Origin: an uncultured Acidobacteriota bacterium
GTDB taxonomy: Bacteria; Acidobacteriota; Thermoanaerobaculia; Thermoanaerobaculales; Sulfomarinibacteraceae
Reading direction: 5' to 3'
Assembly (NCBI GenBank): GCA_963753035.1
Contig: CAVWAW010000009.1
Span: forward strand, 2,956 to 66,955
DNA length: 64,000 nt
Made by a program: the position numbers and the translations under genes. Shown piece after piece: positions 20,003 to 29,283 of this stretch (within the stretch, counting starts at the first letter, position 1; the number at the start of each line of letters is the position of its first letter). The notes beneath the pieces were generated by a model. That model was not told the origin of the DNA and made no database searches. It was given only the letters and a program-made list of their open reading frames with translations.

Positions 20003-22468
20003 TCAACACCTGACGCGCTCCATCTTGGGGTCGTACATCGGGCGCATGGGCAGGCCAACCTGGAGGGGGTAGCGCTTGCCCGCAATGTCGATCTCCCATT
20101 CGCCCGCCTCGAGATAGGCCTTGTTGATCGGTTCGCCGGCCTCGATCATGGCCAGACCCACCGCGCCGCCGAGGGTGAATCCGTAGCTCGCCGCACGGAC
20201 ATAACCGACCGCCTTGTTGTTCCGATAGACGACCTCGGCGTGGTAGAGCAGCGGTTCGGGGTCCCTGACCAGCACCTGCAGCAGGCGCTGGTTGTAGGCC
20301 GGCCCCTGGGCCTTCTTTTCGACACAGAATGCCTTGCCGATGAAATCCGGTTTCTTGAGGTCCACCGCGAAACCGAGACCGACCTCATAGGCGTTGTCGG
20401 TGTTGTCGATGTCGTGACCGTAATCGCGGTAGGCCTTTTCCATGCGCAGGCTGCCCAGAGCCCGCAGACCGGCGTGACGAAGACCGAAGTTCGCGCCCGC
20501 CTCGATGACCCGGTCGTAGACGTGCGCCGCCTGCTCCGCGGGGATGTTCAACTCGTATCCGAGTTCGCCGACGTAGGTGATCCGGTTGCACGTCATGCGT
20601 GCGTACCCGATGTCGATCTCGCGTGCGGTGCGGAAGGGAAAGGCCTCGTTGGACAGATCCGCCGATGTGATGGATTGCAGCAACTCCCGCGATCTCGGGC
20701 CCTGCACATTGAGCTGACCGATTCCGCCCGTGACATCGGTGAGAAAGCAGTGCGCATCCGATGGGATGTGGCGCCTGAGCCACGTCTCGACGTGGCGGTG
20801 CATGGTGTCGGTGACCACCACGACAAAGCTCTCCTCGTTCAGTTTGGTGACCGTGACGTCGGCCTCCAGTTTGCCGCGTTCGTTGAGAAACTGGGTGTAG
20901 GTGATGGTCTCGACCGGGCCGTTGACGCTGTTGGCCGAAATGTGGTCGAGCACCCTCCCGGCATCGCGCCCCTGGACGAGAAATTTCCCCATGAACGTCA
21001 TGTCCATGGCGATGACGGCCTCGCGGCAGGCCCGGTGTTCCGCCTCCCAATAGGGAAACCAGTTCTGTCGTCCCCATGACAGTTTCTCGACCTTGGGCTC
21101 CCGTCCCTCCGGCGCATACCAGGCCGGGCTTTCCCATCCGCTCACATCGGTGAAGTAGGCGCGTTGGTCCTTCAGCCGATCGTGAAAGGGTGAACGCTTG
21201 CAGTCGCGCGCGGTCAGGGGCACGCGGGTGGGATAGTGGCGTCGAAAGACCATCCCCAGTGTCTCGACCACGCGGGTCTTGCGGTACTCGGGGTTGCACT
21301 GGTAGGGGTGAAAGCGATCAACATTGATCCCGGTGATGTCCGCACCCGGGTCGCCGGTGGTGATCCACTGGGCCATGATCCTGCCGAGGCCGGGACCGGT
21401 GATGATGCCGATGGAGTTGAGTCCCGCGGCGACGAAGTAGTTCTCGATCTCCGGCGCCTCGCCGAAGGCCACGCCCATGTCGGGCGTAAAGCTTTCCGGG
21501 CCGCAGAAAAATTTCTTGAGGCCGATCTCCCGGGAGATCGGGACGCGGCTCATGGCTTTCTCGAGGAAGGGCGCCATGCGATCCCAGTCGGGCTCGATCT
21601 CGCCGAAGGTGAAGTCATCGGGGACGCCGTCCACCATCCACGGGGCGCAGACCGGCTCGAACAGTCCGATCATCAGGCCGCCTCCTTCTTCCCGGTAGTA
21701 TCCGTGACAGGAGGGGTCCTCGATGATGGGCAACTGCCGCGTCATTCCCTCGAAGGGCTCGGTGATGAGGTAGTAGTGCTCGGTGGACTGGTTCGGGATG
21801 CTCACGCCCGAGAGGGCGCCGAGCTGTCGCGCCCACATGCCGGCGCAATTGACCACGAACTCAGCCTCGATGGTGCCCTGCGTGGTGGTCACGCCCGTTG
21901 CTCGGCCGTTCGTGGTGGTGACGCCCGTGACCGCCACGCCCTCGATGATCTTGACGCCCTTCTGACGTGATCCTTTGGCCAGGGCCATGGTCGCGTCCAC
22001 GGGATTGACGCGCCCATCCTGCTTCAGATAGTAGCCCGCCTGGATATCGTCGACCCTGGCCAGGGGAAAGAGCCTCTTGATCTCATCGGGGCCGATCTCC
22101 TCGACGTCGTTGCCGTGCAGACGGTTGAACGTCGCGACCCGCCGATACTCCTCCACCCGGTCCGAGTCTGCGGCGAGCTCGATGAGACCCAGGGGCTCGA
22201 AGCCGGTGCCGAGCCCGGTCTCCGCCTCGAGACGACCATAGAGTTCACGTGTGTACATTCGCATCTCGATCGAGGTCGCCGAGGTCGAGCCGAAGGTGGT
22301 CATCAGCCCCGCGGCGTGCCAGGTCGTGCCCGAGGTGAGCTCGCTCCGCTCGATGAGAACGACGTCACTCCAGCCGAGGTGGCCGAGGTGGTAGGCGATG
22401 GAACAACCGATGATGCCGCCGCCGATGATGACGACGCGCGCGTGATCCGGAACCTGTTCTGCTGGCAT
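20003..22468 (-). CDS. Dimethylglycine/sarcosine-dehydrogenase-like flavoprotein (DAO domain + GcvT aminomethyltransferase domain)
   Basis: FAD fingerprint VVIIGGGIIGCSIAYHL and a C-terminal GcvT-like half. I chose ATG 22468 (MPAEQV...). Confidence 0.85.
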   Translation of the reverse strand: MPAEQVPDHARVVIIGGGIIGCSIAYHLGHLGWSDVVLIERSELTSGTTWHAAGLMTTFGSTSATSIEMRMYTRELYGRLEAETGLGTGFEPLGLIELAADSDRVEEYRRVATFNRLHGNDVEEIGPDEIKRLFPLARVDDIQAGYYLKQDGRVNPVDATMALAKGSRQKGVKIIEGVAVTGVTTTNGRATGVTTTQGTIEAEFVVNCAGMWARQLGALSGVSIPNQSTEHYYLITEPFEGMTRQLPIIEDPSCHGYYREEGGGLMIGLFEPVCAPWMVDGVPDDFTFGEIEPDWDRMAPFLEKAMSRVPISREIGLKKFFCGPESFTPDMGVAFGEAPEIENYFVAAGLNSIGIITGPGLGRIMAQWITTGDPGADITGINVDRFHPYQCNPEYRKTRVVETLGMVFRRHYPTRVPLTARDCKRSPFHDRLKDQRAYFTDVSGWESPAWYAPEGREPKVEKLSWGRQNWFPYWEAEHRACREAVIAMDMTFMGKFLVQGRDAGRVLDHISANSVNGPVETITYTQFLNERGKLEADVTVTKLNEESFVVVVTDTMHRHVETWLRRHIPSDAHCFLTDVTGGIGQLNVQGPRSRELLQSITSADLSNEAFPFRTAREIDIGYARMTCNRITYVGELGYELNIPAEQAAHVYDRVIEAGANFGLRHAGLRALGSLRMEKAYRDYGHDIDNTDNAYEVGLGFAVDLKKPDFIGKAFCVEKKAQGPAYNQRLLQVLVRDPEPLLYHAEVVYRNNKAVGYVRAASYGFTLGGAVGLAMIEAGEPINKAYLEAGEWEIDIAGKRYPLQVGLPMRPMYDPKMERVRC

Positions 22469-22648
22469 GGGCACATCCTGTGATGGAGATAGAAACAACA
22501 ACCCTCGATGTTGACGGACCTTCAGGACCGATGAACTCTCCTCGCGCTCCAGCAATAGTACACGACGGATTCTCTTTGTTCTCGCTCGATTTACGGCGCC
22601 CTCGCCGAGGTTTGGCGAACCATCTGCGAGTCACCCTGAGCGAGCGAG

Positions 22649-23607
22649 TCAGACGACGTAGTCCTCACGCTCCATCGCCTCGAGCTCTCGAGAAACGGCC
22701 GCCCTCACCTCCGGCGGCATGTCGTGCTCCCTGGCCAACATCGGGCGCAGCCCCTTGCCAACGCCGTCATCGATGAAGTGGGGCCGGACAAAATCGGAGG
22801 TCCAGGTCCGGTCCTCGAAGGACCTGCTCTCGAGCCGCTCGAAGAAGCTCTTGATGCCCCTGTCCGGATCTCCTTCCAACTCCCTGAAGTAGGAGCCGTA
22901 GATGTGGAGCGAGTCGCTGATGTCGACATAGCGGCCGAGCCGAACCGGCCGGCCGCTTGATTTCGAGATCTTCTCCGCGATCTTTCGCATCAGCGCCGTC
23001 AGGGCGATAACGTTCTCGAACCAGGCCTTGTAGAGATCACGGCTCCGCCAGTGCGTGTTCATGTTGAAGACGAGGACCCCGTCATCATCCTCGATCAGCC
23101 GTCCCCAGATTCTCTGCAGACACGGCGGATGATCTGAGGGCGGGTCGAGAATCGGGTTCCAAGTGATGCCCTGAGCGCGTCGGCTGTAGCCGGTCCGGGC
23201 GAGCTTCTTCACCATGAAATCCAACTGGTCGATGACCGAATTGTCGATCTCGTACTCGGCGAGACGCCGGTGATAGGTGTAGGTCCAGCGGGTATCGGTG
23301 CTGTCGACGCCTTTGAGGATCTCCTCCCGCGGCTTGATCCAATAGTCGTGGGCGCCGTGAACAACTTCCATGACGTACTCTGAGAGTCCCCCAGCCCATC
23401 GGCAAATGAACGGTGGAAACGCGGCTGGCCGAACGGATTCTCGACGGTGATCACCACCGTGGCATCCCGGCTCGGCGGATCCTCGGGACGATCGTACTCG
23501 GTGCGGACGCTCACCCCTTTTTCCCAGACCTCCTTGATGGCCCTCTCGTACGCGCGCGGGATAGTCTCGCCGAAAACACTCAAAACCGGAATGTCCCCTG
23601 AGTTCAT
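22649..23607 (-). pseudogene. Thymidylate-synthase-fold protein (divergent, archaeal-like); -1 frameshift in a C5/G5 run at 23388-23392
   Basis: The N-terminal part (MNSGDIPVLSVFGETIPRAYERAIKEVWEKG...FADGLG) is in ORF 23209..23607. The remainder (GLSEYVMEVVHG...RRAQGITWNPILDPPSDHPPCLQRIW...HWRSRDLYKAWFENV...SLHIYG) is in ORF 22649..23659. Adding one G restores DGLGGLSEY. Confidence 0.6.
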
Positions 23608-23687
23608 ACTTCCTCCCTCGGATCAATTCTAGTCTCAACCGGAGAGGACGACTCCCCACCCGACAGGGTGCCAGGCACTACCGTGGT

Positions 23688-24101
23688 CTATTCGAGCTGA
23701 TCGAGAGATCTCGGGCTCGTAAGCCTTGATAGACACTCGATGAGTTCGTCCTGATCGACCGGTTTGGCGAGCACGCAATCGGGCCCGCGCTCGAGATCAA
23801 GGCCCCTGAGATAGGTCCTGCCGTTGTCCTGGACGATGGAGTCGTTGCCGGTGAGGACCACCACGGGAACCGGTGACCAGCGTTCGTGTTGGCGGATCGT
23901 CACGAGCAGATCGAGCCCGGATCTTCCGGGCATGATGACATCGAGGATGACCGCATCGGGCTCGACCTCGTCGAGGGCGACCAACGCCGCCGATGTGCGA
24001 TTCGCCGACGAAACCTCATATCCGTGATCCTCGAGAAAGAGACCGAGATACTCAACGATGTCAGGGTCGTCGTCGACCACCAGGATCCGTCTCGGTTCCA
24101 C
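23688..24101 (-). CDS. Receiver-only response regulator
   Basis: ILVVDDDPDIVEYL, VILDVIMPGRSG and AKPV are present, with no output domain. The GTG start shares one base with the kinase TAG stop (TAGTG). Confidence 0.85.
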   Translation of the reverse strand: MEPRRILVVDDDPDIVEYLGLFLEDHGYEVSSANRTSAALVALDEVEPDAVILDVIMPGRSGLDLLVTIRQHERWSPVPVVVLTGNDSIVQDNGRTYLRGLDLERGPDCVLAKPVDQDELIECLSRLTSPRSLDQLE

Positions 24102-25681
24102 TAGGAACTCCCGGCAGTCCTGGCTCCGGCGATCTCGCCGTCGACCGTCGTGCTCGGGCGGGCGACCAGCGGAATCCGGACGACGAAACGGGTGCCCTTG
24201 CCCGATTCGGATTCGACATCGATGTTGCCACCATGTTTGTCGACGATCTTGTTCGAGATGAAAAGCCCGAGACCCGTCCCCTTGAGACCCTTGGATGAGA
24301 AGAACAGCGAAAAGATCCGATCACGGGTCTCCCTGTCCATCCCGATCCCGTTATCCTCGACCGAAATGATCATATAGGGCTCGGCCCGACGGGCTCCGAC
24401 GGTGATGACATGGTCGGTCTTTTCGCTGTCCATACGGCAGGCATCGATGGAGTTCTCGATGAGATTGAGCAACATCGCCCGAATCGCCTGAGGATCGCCA
24501 TCAAAAACGCCGATATCGTCGGGAATCTTGAATCGGACGTCGGCGCCGAGATCGAGGGCCTTCTTCTTGATGCCGTCCCTCAGATCGTCGACCATCCCCG
24601 CGAGGCTGATGTCCTCGACGATGAGTTCCCGATCCTTGGCGTAGTAGAGAATATCGAGCACCATGGACCGAATCCGATCCACGTTGCGCTGGACCATTTC
24701 CCAGCCTTTTTTGACCCGCTCGGGTTTGTCTCGCTCGAATCCGGAGTTCACCATGTAGATGCCGCCGTCGAGACCGGTGAGCAGGCCCTTGATACCGTGC
24801 GAGATCGAACCAACCAGAAGTCCGATGGAGGTCAACTGGTCCTGCAGTTTGCGAATCTGGGTGATGTCCACACCCATCTCGATGACGGACTCGACCACGC
24901 CATCGGAATTCCGAAGCGGGGCGGTGGTGACCAGAAGATTGAGCTCTTCGCCATCCTTGGACAAGACCGTGGTCTCGTAGTCGTGCGTATCGCCGGTCTC
25001 GAACGTACTCATCATCGGGCACGTAAGGCACTTTTCCTCACGGTGCTTGTAAACCCGGAAACACTCCTCGCCGACACCGTAACCAAAGGCCTCACGGAAT
25101 CGTCGATTGGCGCGGCGAATGACGCGGTCGGGCCCCTGGACGGTGATAAAGCAGGGCACCTCTTCGAAGAGCTGCAGCAGCCGCCCCTGGCTCTGCCGGA
25201 GTTCTTTCTGGAGTACCTTGACCTCCTCGATCTCGGTGTGCATCTCCATCACCGCCACAACCTCGCCCGAGGTATCGCGAATCGGGGTCGTGTGCACCAT
25301 CACCGGAACCTGTTCCCCTGATGCCGTCGTCAGCAGTTGTTCCGACGGATGATTCTGGCCATCGAGAAACGTCGCCTCCACGGGGCAACTCGGGCAGATA
25401 TCGTCACGCCCCTTGTAGACCTTGAAACAGTGCTGGCCGATCCTTTCGCCGAAGTCCTGACGAAAGCGTCGGTTTCCCTCGATGATCCGGAACTCCCGGT
25501 CGTGGATCGAGAGATAACAGGGCATTTCGTCCCAGTACCGACGATACATGGCGGAATCTGTTAGCAGGTGCGAGTTCGCTTCGACACCGTGCACCCGCCT
25601 GGCGGCAGAAAAACCATCGGGCTCGACCGCGCCGGAATCCGGCGCGGTCGGCCCGATGGGAATGAGATCTCTATCGGCCAA
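24101..25681 (-). CDS. Sensor histidine kinase with two PAS domains, each carrying four Cys
   Basis: H-box SISHGIKGLLTGL and ATP-lid motifs DNGIGM and GTGLGL. The PAS regions have PCY...HCFKVYKGRDDICPSCP and PCF...ECFRVYKHREEKCLTCP. The TTG start lies 2 nt after the upstream stop. Confidence 0.85.
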   Translation of the reverse strand: MADRDLIPIGPTAPDSGAVEPDGFSAARRVHGVEANSHLLTDSAMYRRYWDEMPCYLSIHDREFRIIEGNRRFRQDFGERIGQHCFKVYKGRDDICPSCPVEATFLDGQNHPSEQLLTTASGEQVPVMVHTTPIRDTSGEVVAVMEMHTEIEEVKVLQKELRQSQGRLLQLFEEVPCFITVQGPDRVIRRANRRFREAFGYGVGEECFRVYKHREEKCLTCPMMSTFETGDTHDYETTVLSKDGEELNLLVTTAPLRNSDGVVESVIEMGVDITQIRKLQDQLTSIGLLVGSISHGIKGLLTGLDGGIYMVNSGFERDKPERVKKGWEMVQRNVDRIRSMVLDILYYAKDRELIVEDISLAGMVDDLRDGIKKKALDLGADVRFKIPDDIGVFDGDPQAIRAMLLNLIENSIDACRMDSEKTDHVITVGARRAEPYMIISVEDNGIGMDRETRDRIFSLFFSSKGLKGTGLGLFISNKIVDKHGGNIDVESESGKGTRFVVRIPLVARPSTTVDGEIAGARTAGSS

Positions 25682-25683
25682 GG

Positions 25684-27495
25684 TCAGTTTGCTTTCTCGT
25701 CTACTTTCTCAATGATATGCGCTACATAGGATATCAGTTTCTCTTCATCGACCGGTTTGTTGAGGTAGCCCTCTGGGGGCGGCACTCCGCGATCATAGAT
25801 GACCTTGCGGAACTCCGGGTGGCCGGTGACGACACAGACCGGAATTTCCTGGATCTCCGGGGTCTTGCGGAGTTCGAAAAAGGCATCGACACCGCTCTTT
25901 CCGGGCATGGAAAGATCGAGGGAGATGAGATCCGGTTTGAAGGTTTTGGCCTTCTCGATGCACTCGTCGCCATCGGCGGCTTCCACAACCTCGGCGCCGG
26001 CGTCCTCGAAGACCGTGACGAGGAAGGTCCTGATGTCCTCTTCATCGTCGACCACCAGAATCTTCCGTCCGGCCAGGGGCGCCTCGGCGGCGACGGCGGG
26101 AGCGGCAGCCTTCTCATCAACGGGTTCCACAACCACCGGGGGTTCGGGCATCGGCGCGCCGGCCGGGCGGTTCTTCATGACGGCGCATTCCTCGAGCACC
26201 AGCGCATCGGCCACAAGGTCGACGAGCTGCTTGACCTCGCAGCCGAGCTCGTAGTGCTTGATCAGGTCCGACAGGCCGTCGACGCAGTTGTGGCAGCTGG
26301 TGACCACGACTGTAGCGCCGGTCTCGCGGATCTGGTTGGCCTTGATCTCGGCAGACTTGAGCCTGCGCGGGGTGTACTCGGACATGGACATGGCGCCGCC
26401 GCCGCCCGTGCAGCAGAAATTCTCGGCACGGTTGGGGTACATCTCCTGGAAGTCGGTGGTGACCATCCTGAGCAGCTCGCGCGGCTCCTCGAAGAAACCG
26501 CAGCTGCGGGCGTTGTTGCACGAATCGTGGAAGGTCATTCGCTGGGAGTTCTTGGTCGGATCGACGACGATCTTACCCTGCTTGATGTACTCGATCATCG
26601 TCATGACCGAGCTCTCCATCGGAAAGGCCTCGGCATCACCCGACCAGTTGACGCCTTCGCACCGGGTCGACCGGTAGCCGTGGCCGCACTCCGAGATCAC
26701 GATCTTCTCGACGCCCAGTTCCCGAGCCTTGTCGTACTCGCGTTTTGCACTTGCGCCGCCGAGGCCGTCGTCGCCCGAGAAGAGGCCGAAGTTGGTGTTG
26801 TCCCAGCCTTCGGACGGCATGGTCCAATCCTCACCGGCAGCCCAGAAGATGAGCGCGGCTTCCTTGATGGTGCGCGGGTCGTACTTCACTTCGCGCGGGT
26901 TGATGGCGTACATGATCTTGGCGCCGGCTTTGTCGATGGGAATCTCAGCCTCACCGTGGCCGAGATCCTCTTCGAGCTCCTCGGACATCCACTCGATGGT
27001 GTCGAGGTAGTCCTCCTTGAGGACGCCCATCTGGTTACCGAGCTCCCACTGGTCCTTTGAGACAACCCGAACGCCTTCGGGCATCACGCCGACGTTGGTC
27101 AGCAGACCGCGCATGATCCGGTTCAAAGTGGCGGTGTCGACGCCCATCGGACAGTTGATGGTGCAACGACGGCAGTTGGTGCAGGTGCCGAAGGCGACAT
27201 CCTTGAGCTTGTCAAGGTCTTCGTCGGTCAGCGGCACCTTGTCGGCGCCAACCCACCAGGGAAAGACACTTCCCGTCCAGTCGTGGTTGGCCTTGAAGAG
27301 CTTGCGCAGCTGATCGGCCTTGTACGACGGGGTCATCTTGGGGTCTTCCGGGTGCGACAGAACATAGTGGCAGCAGTCGTTGCACATGCCGCAGTGGACG
27401 CAGCCCACCAGCGAGCCGACCACCTGGCGGTTCAGCTTCTTGGTGAGCTGCTCTTCCATCATTTTGATCTTGTGAGTTTTGGCTGGTTTGGTCAT
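25684..27495 (-). CDS. HdrD/DsrK-like iron-sulfur CCG-domain oxidoreductase fused to a C-terminal receiver (REC) domain
   Basis: Two Cys clusters (CVHCGMCNDCC, CTNCRRCTINCP) and CCG-type motifs (FCCTGGGG ... SCHNCVDG; CGHGYRSTRC ... FHDSCNNARSC). The REC has KILVVDDEED, LISLDLSMP, VCVVTG and LNKP. AGGAGG lies 5 nt before the ATG. Confidence 0.75.
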   Translation of the reverse strand: MTKPAKTHKIKMMEEQLTKKLNRQVVGSLVGCVHCGMCNDCCHYVLSHPEDPKMTPSYKADQLRKLFKANHDWTGSVFPWWVGADKVPLTDEDLDKLKDVAFGTCTNCRRCTINCPMGVDTATLNRIMRGLLTNVGVMPEGVRVVSKDQWELGNQMGVLKEDYLDTIEWMSEELEEDLGHGEAEIPIDKAGAKIMYAINPREVKYDPRTIKEAALIFWAAGEDWTMPSEGWDNTNFGLFSGDDGLGGASAKREYDKARELGVEKIVISECGHGYRSTRCEGVNWSGDAEAFPMESSVMTMIEYIKQGKIVVDPTKNSQRMTFHDSCNNARSCGFFEEPRELLRMVTTDFQEMYPNRAENFCCTGGGGAMSMSEYTPRRLKSAEIKANQIRETGATVVVTSCHNCVDGLSDLIKHYELGCEVKQLVDLVADALVLEECAVMKNRPAGAPMPEPPVVVEPVDEKAAAPAVAAEAPLAGRKILVVDDEEDIRTFLVTVFEDAGAEVVEAADGDECIEKAKTFKPDLISLDLSMPGKSGVDAFFELRKTPEIQEIPVCVVTGHPEFRKVIYDRGVPPPEGYLNKPVDEEKLISYVAHIIEKVDEKAN

Positions 27496-27504
27496 TGAAT
27501 CCTC

Positions 27505-28191
27505 CTAACCCCGGGCGATGGGGTAGCTGCCCCGGTGACCAAGCGTACGGCCGATCCAGATCCGGGTGAAGGGGTAATAGAGATAGTGGGAGATCTTTGA
27601 AAACGGAACATAGACCAGGAAGAAGCTGGTCAGGAAAAGATAGGCCACGAGGATGTTCACACTCTCGAAACCCTGGACACCCGCTAGGTGGGCCTGAGTC
27701 ACGGTGCCGAGACCGAACCACGCGGTCAGCATGAAGAGCGAGAAGTAATCGTCGGGTGTACTGATGAGTTTCATCACCGGAGTGAAGAGCCGCCGAAATA
27801 CCCGGTAGATCGCGACCAGAAACGCGAGGAACAGGGTGCTCCCGCAGATCCAGGCGAATGCCGGGCTGGCGACGAGATTCGGGGTGATCGAACTCAAGAA
27901 AGCCAGGGTGATGCCCGCGACCACGCCGAGATGGAAAATGACGAAGGTGAGGTAGAAGGCAAAGCCCTTGCGGGTGCTCTCCATCGACCACGGCATCGCC
28001 ACGTTGAAGAGCGAATAGAAGGCGCCCTTCTTCTTGTCGGTGCGTTGGGGCGCGCCCGGGGCGGATTTGTCGACGCCTGGCTTGAATTTGAAGAGCCACC
28101 TCAGGCGGAGGGAATAAACAACGGCCATGATGATCAGCGCCGCCCAGTGGACGATCTCGGCCGTGTGCAGCAGAGAACTCGACTCGTGCAT
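27505..28191 (-). CDS. Multi-pass membrane protein, NarI/DsrM/HdrE-like (putative b-type cytochrome/quinol-interacting subunit)
   Basis: It has several hydrophobic helices with conserved-looking His residues (EIVHWAAL, VIFHLGVV, FSKISHYLYYPF). It sits directly upstream of the CCG protein. ATG 28191 is 1 nt from the macro stop. Confidence 0.5.
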   Translation of the reverse strand: MHESSSLLHTAEIVHWAALIIMAVVYSLRLRWLFKFKPGVDKSAPGAPQRTDKKKGAFYSLFNVAMPWSMESTRKGFAFYLTFVIFHLGVVAGITLAFLSSITPNLVASPAFAWICGSTLFLAFLVAIYRVFRRLFTPVMKLISTPDDYFSLFMLTAWFGLGTVTQAHLAGVQGFESVNILVAYLFLTSFFLVYVPFSKISHYLYYPFTRIWIGRTLGHRGSYPIARG

Positions 28192-28192
28192 G

Positions 28193-28726
28193 TCACACTC
28201 CTTCTTCGAATTTCGCGGTAAACGGACCAATTTCCCGGGGATCCTGTACCACGATCAGGACATCCTCGAGACCCGAGCCGTTTTCCAGGTGCCGACCGAT
28301 GGTGTCGATCATGACCCTGGCGCAGAGATCCATGGGAACCTGATAGATCCCGGTCCCGATGGGTGGGAATGCGAGCTGTTTGATGCCCTTCTCCTCGGCG
28401 AGAGCGAGCGCCGCCATGGTGGCTTTTTCGAGCTTGCCCGCTTCGTCTTCTTCACGGAACTTCGGGCCGTTGACGTGAATGATGTGGTTGGCCTTCAGGA
28501 TTCCGGCCTGGGTGACCACAGCTCCGCCGGTCGGGACCGAGCCGATCTCATCGAGTTCTTTTTGAATGACGATTCCACCGCGCTGTTGGATTGCGCCGCC
28601 GTACCCGGATCCCAGCTTGGCGTCCTCGGTAATGTCAAAGACAAAGGCCTCGACCTCGATGTCGGTAATGTCGCCACGCACCATCCGAAGTCGCTTGCCG
28701 CCGATGTTTCGCTCCACCATCTCCAT
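28193..28726 (-). CDS. Macro-domain (ADP-ribose binding/hydrolase) protein
   Basis: 177 aa with GDITDIEVEAFV, GSGYGGAIQQRGG, NGPKF and AFPPIGTGIYQVP. Confidence 0.85.
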   Translation of the reverse strand: MEMVERNIGGKRLRMVRGDITDIEVEAFVFDITEDAKLGSGYGGAIQQRGGIVIQKELDEIGSVPTGGAVVTQAGILKANHIIHVNGPKFREEDEAGKLEKATMAALALAEEKGIKQLAFPPIGTGIYQVPMDLCARVMIDTIGRHLENGSGLEDVLIVVQDPREIGPFTAKFEEGV

Positions 28727-28783
28727 CCTCCTCGTTCATAATTTCACAAGCCCGGGTGCCTCCCATTCGGGAGATCCCGGGCC

Positions 28784-29260
28784 TCAACTGCTCGACAGAA
28801 CGCTTCCCATTTGGATTTGCATCTCTCCGAGCTCAATTCCCTTTTCCCTAGCCCACGAAGGATCAAGGAGATCCTCCAGAGTGAATTCATCGAGCACCTG
28901 GGCGATCTTTTGATTGATGAGGCCGTAGACGATCCTGCATTCACAGAATTCGGCCTTCAGACATGACTCCGGCTCTTCGACGCAGTCAACGATGCAGACC
29001 GGTCCGATCGACGCTTCAATGATCTGCCGGATGGTGATTTTCGATGGCGGCGAGGCGAGCCGGTATCCCCCGTGCCTTCCCGCAACACTCTTGACCAACC
29101 GGGCGGCGCGAAGCGCAGGCGCCAGCTGTTCGAGGTATCCATGCGAGATGTCCGTTCGACCTGAAACCGACGATAGACTGACGGGCGAGGCGCTCCCTCC
29201 ATGATGGGCGATGTCGAGCATCATTCGAAGAGCGTAGCGGCCGCGGGTGGAGATCCTCAT
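28784..29260 (-). CDS. Rrf2-family (IscR-like) transcriptional regulator with a Cys cluster
   Basis: MRISTRGRYALRMMLDIA... is a winged-helix N-terminus, followed by the Cys-rich segment CIVDCVEEPESCLKAEFCEC. I chose ATG 29260. Confidence 0.85.
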   Translation of the reverse strand: MRISTRGRYALRMMLDIAHHGGSASPVSLSSVSGRTDISHGYLEQLAPALRAARLVKSVAGRHGGYRLASPPSKITIRQIIEASIGPVCIVDCVEEPESCLKAEFCECRIVYGLINQKIAQVLDEFTLEDLLDPSWAREKGIELGEMQIQMGSVLSSS

Positions 29261-29283
29261 GGCGATTTCGAATTTAAACATAA

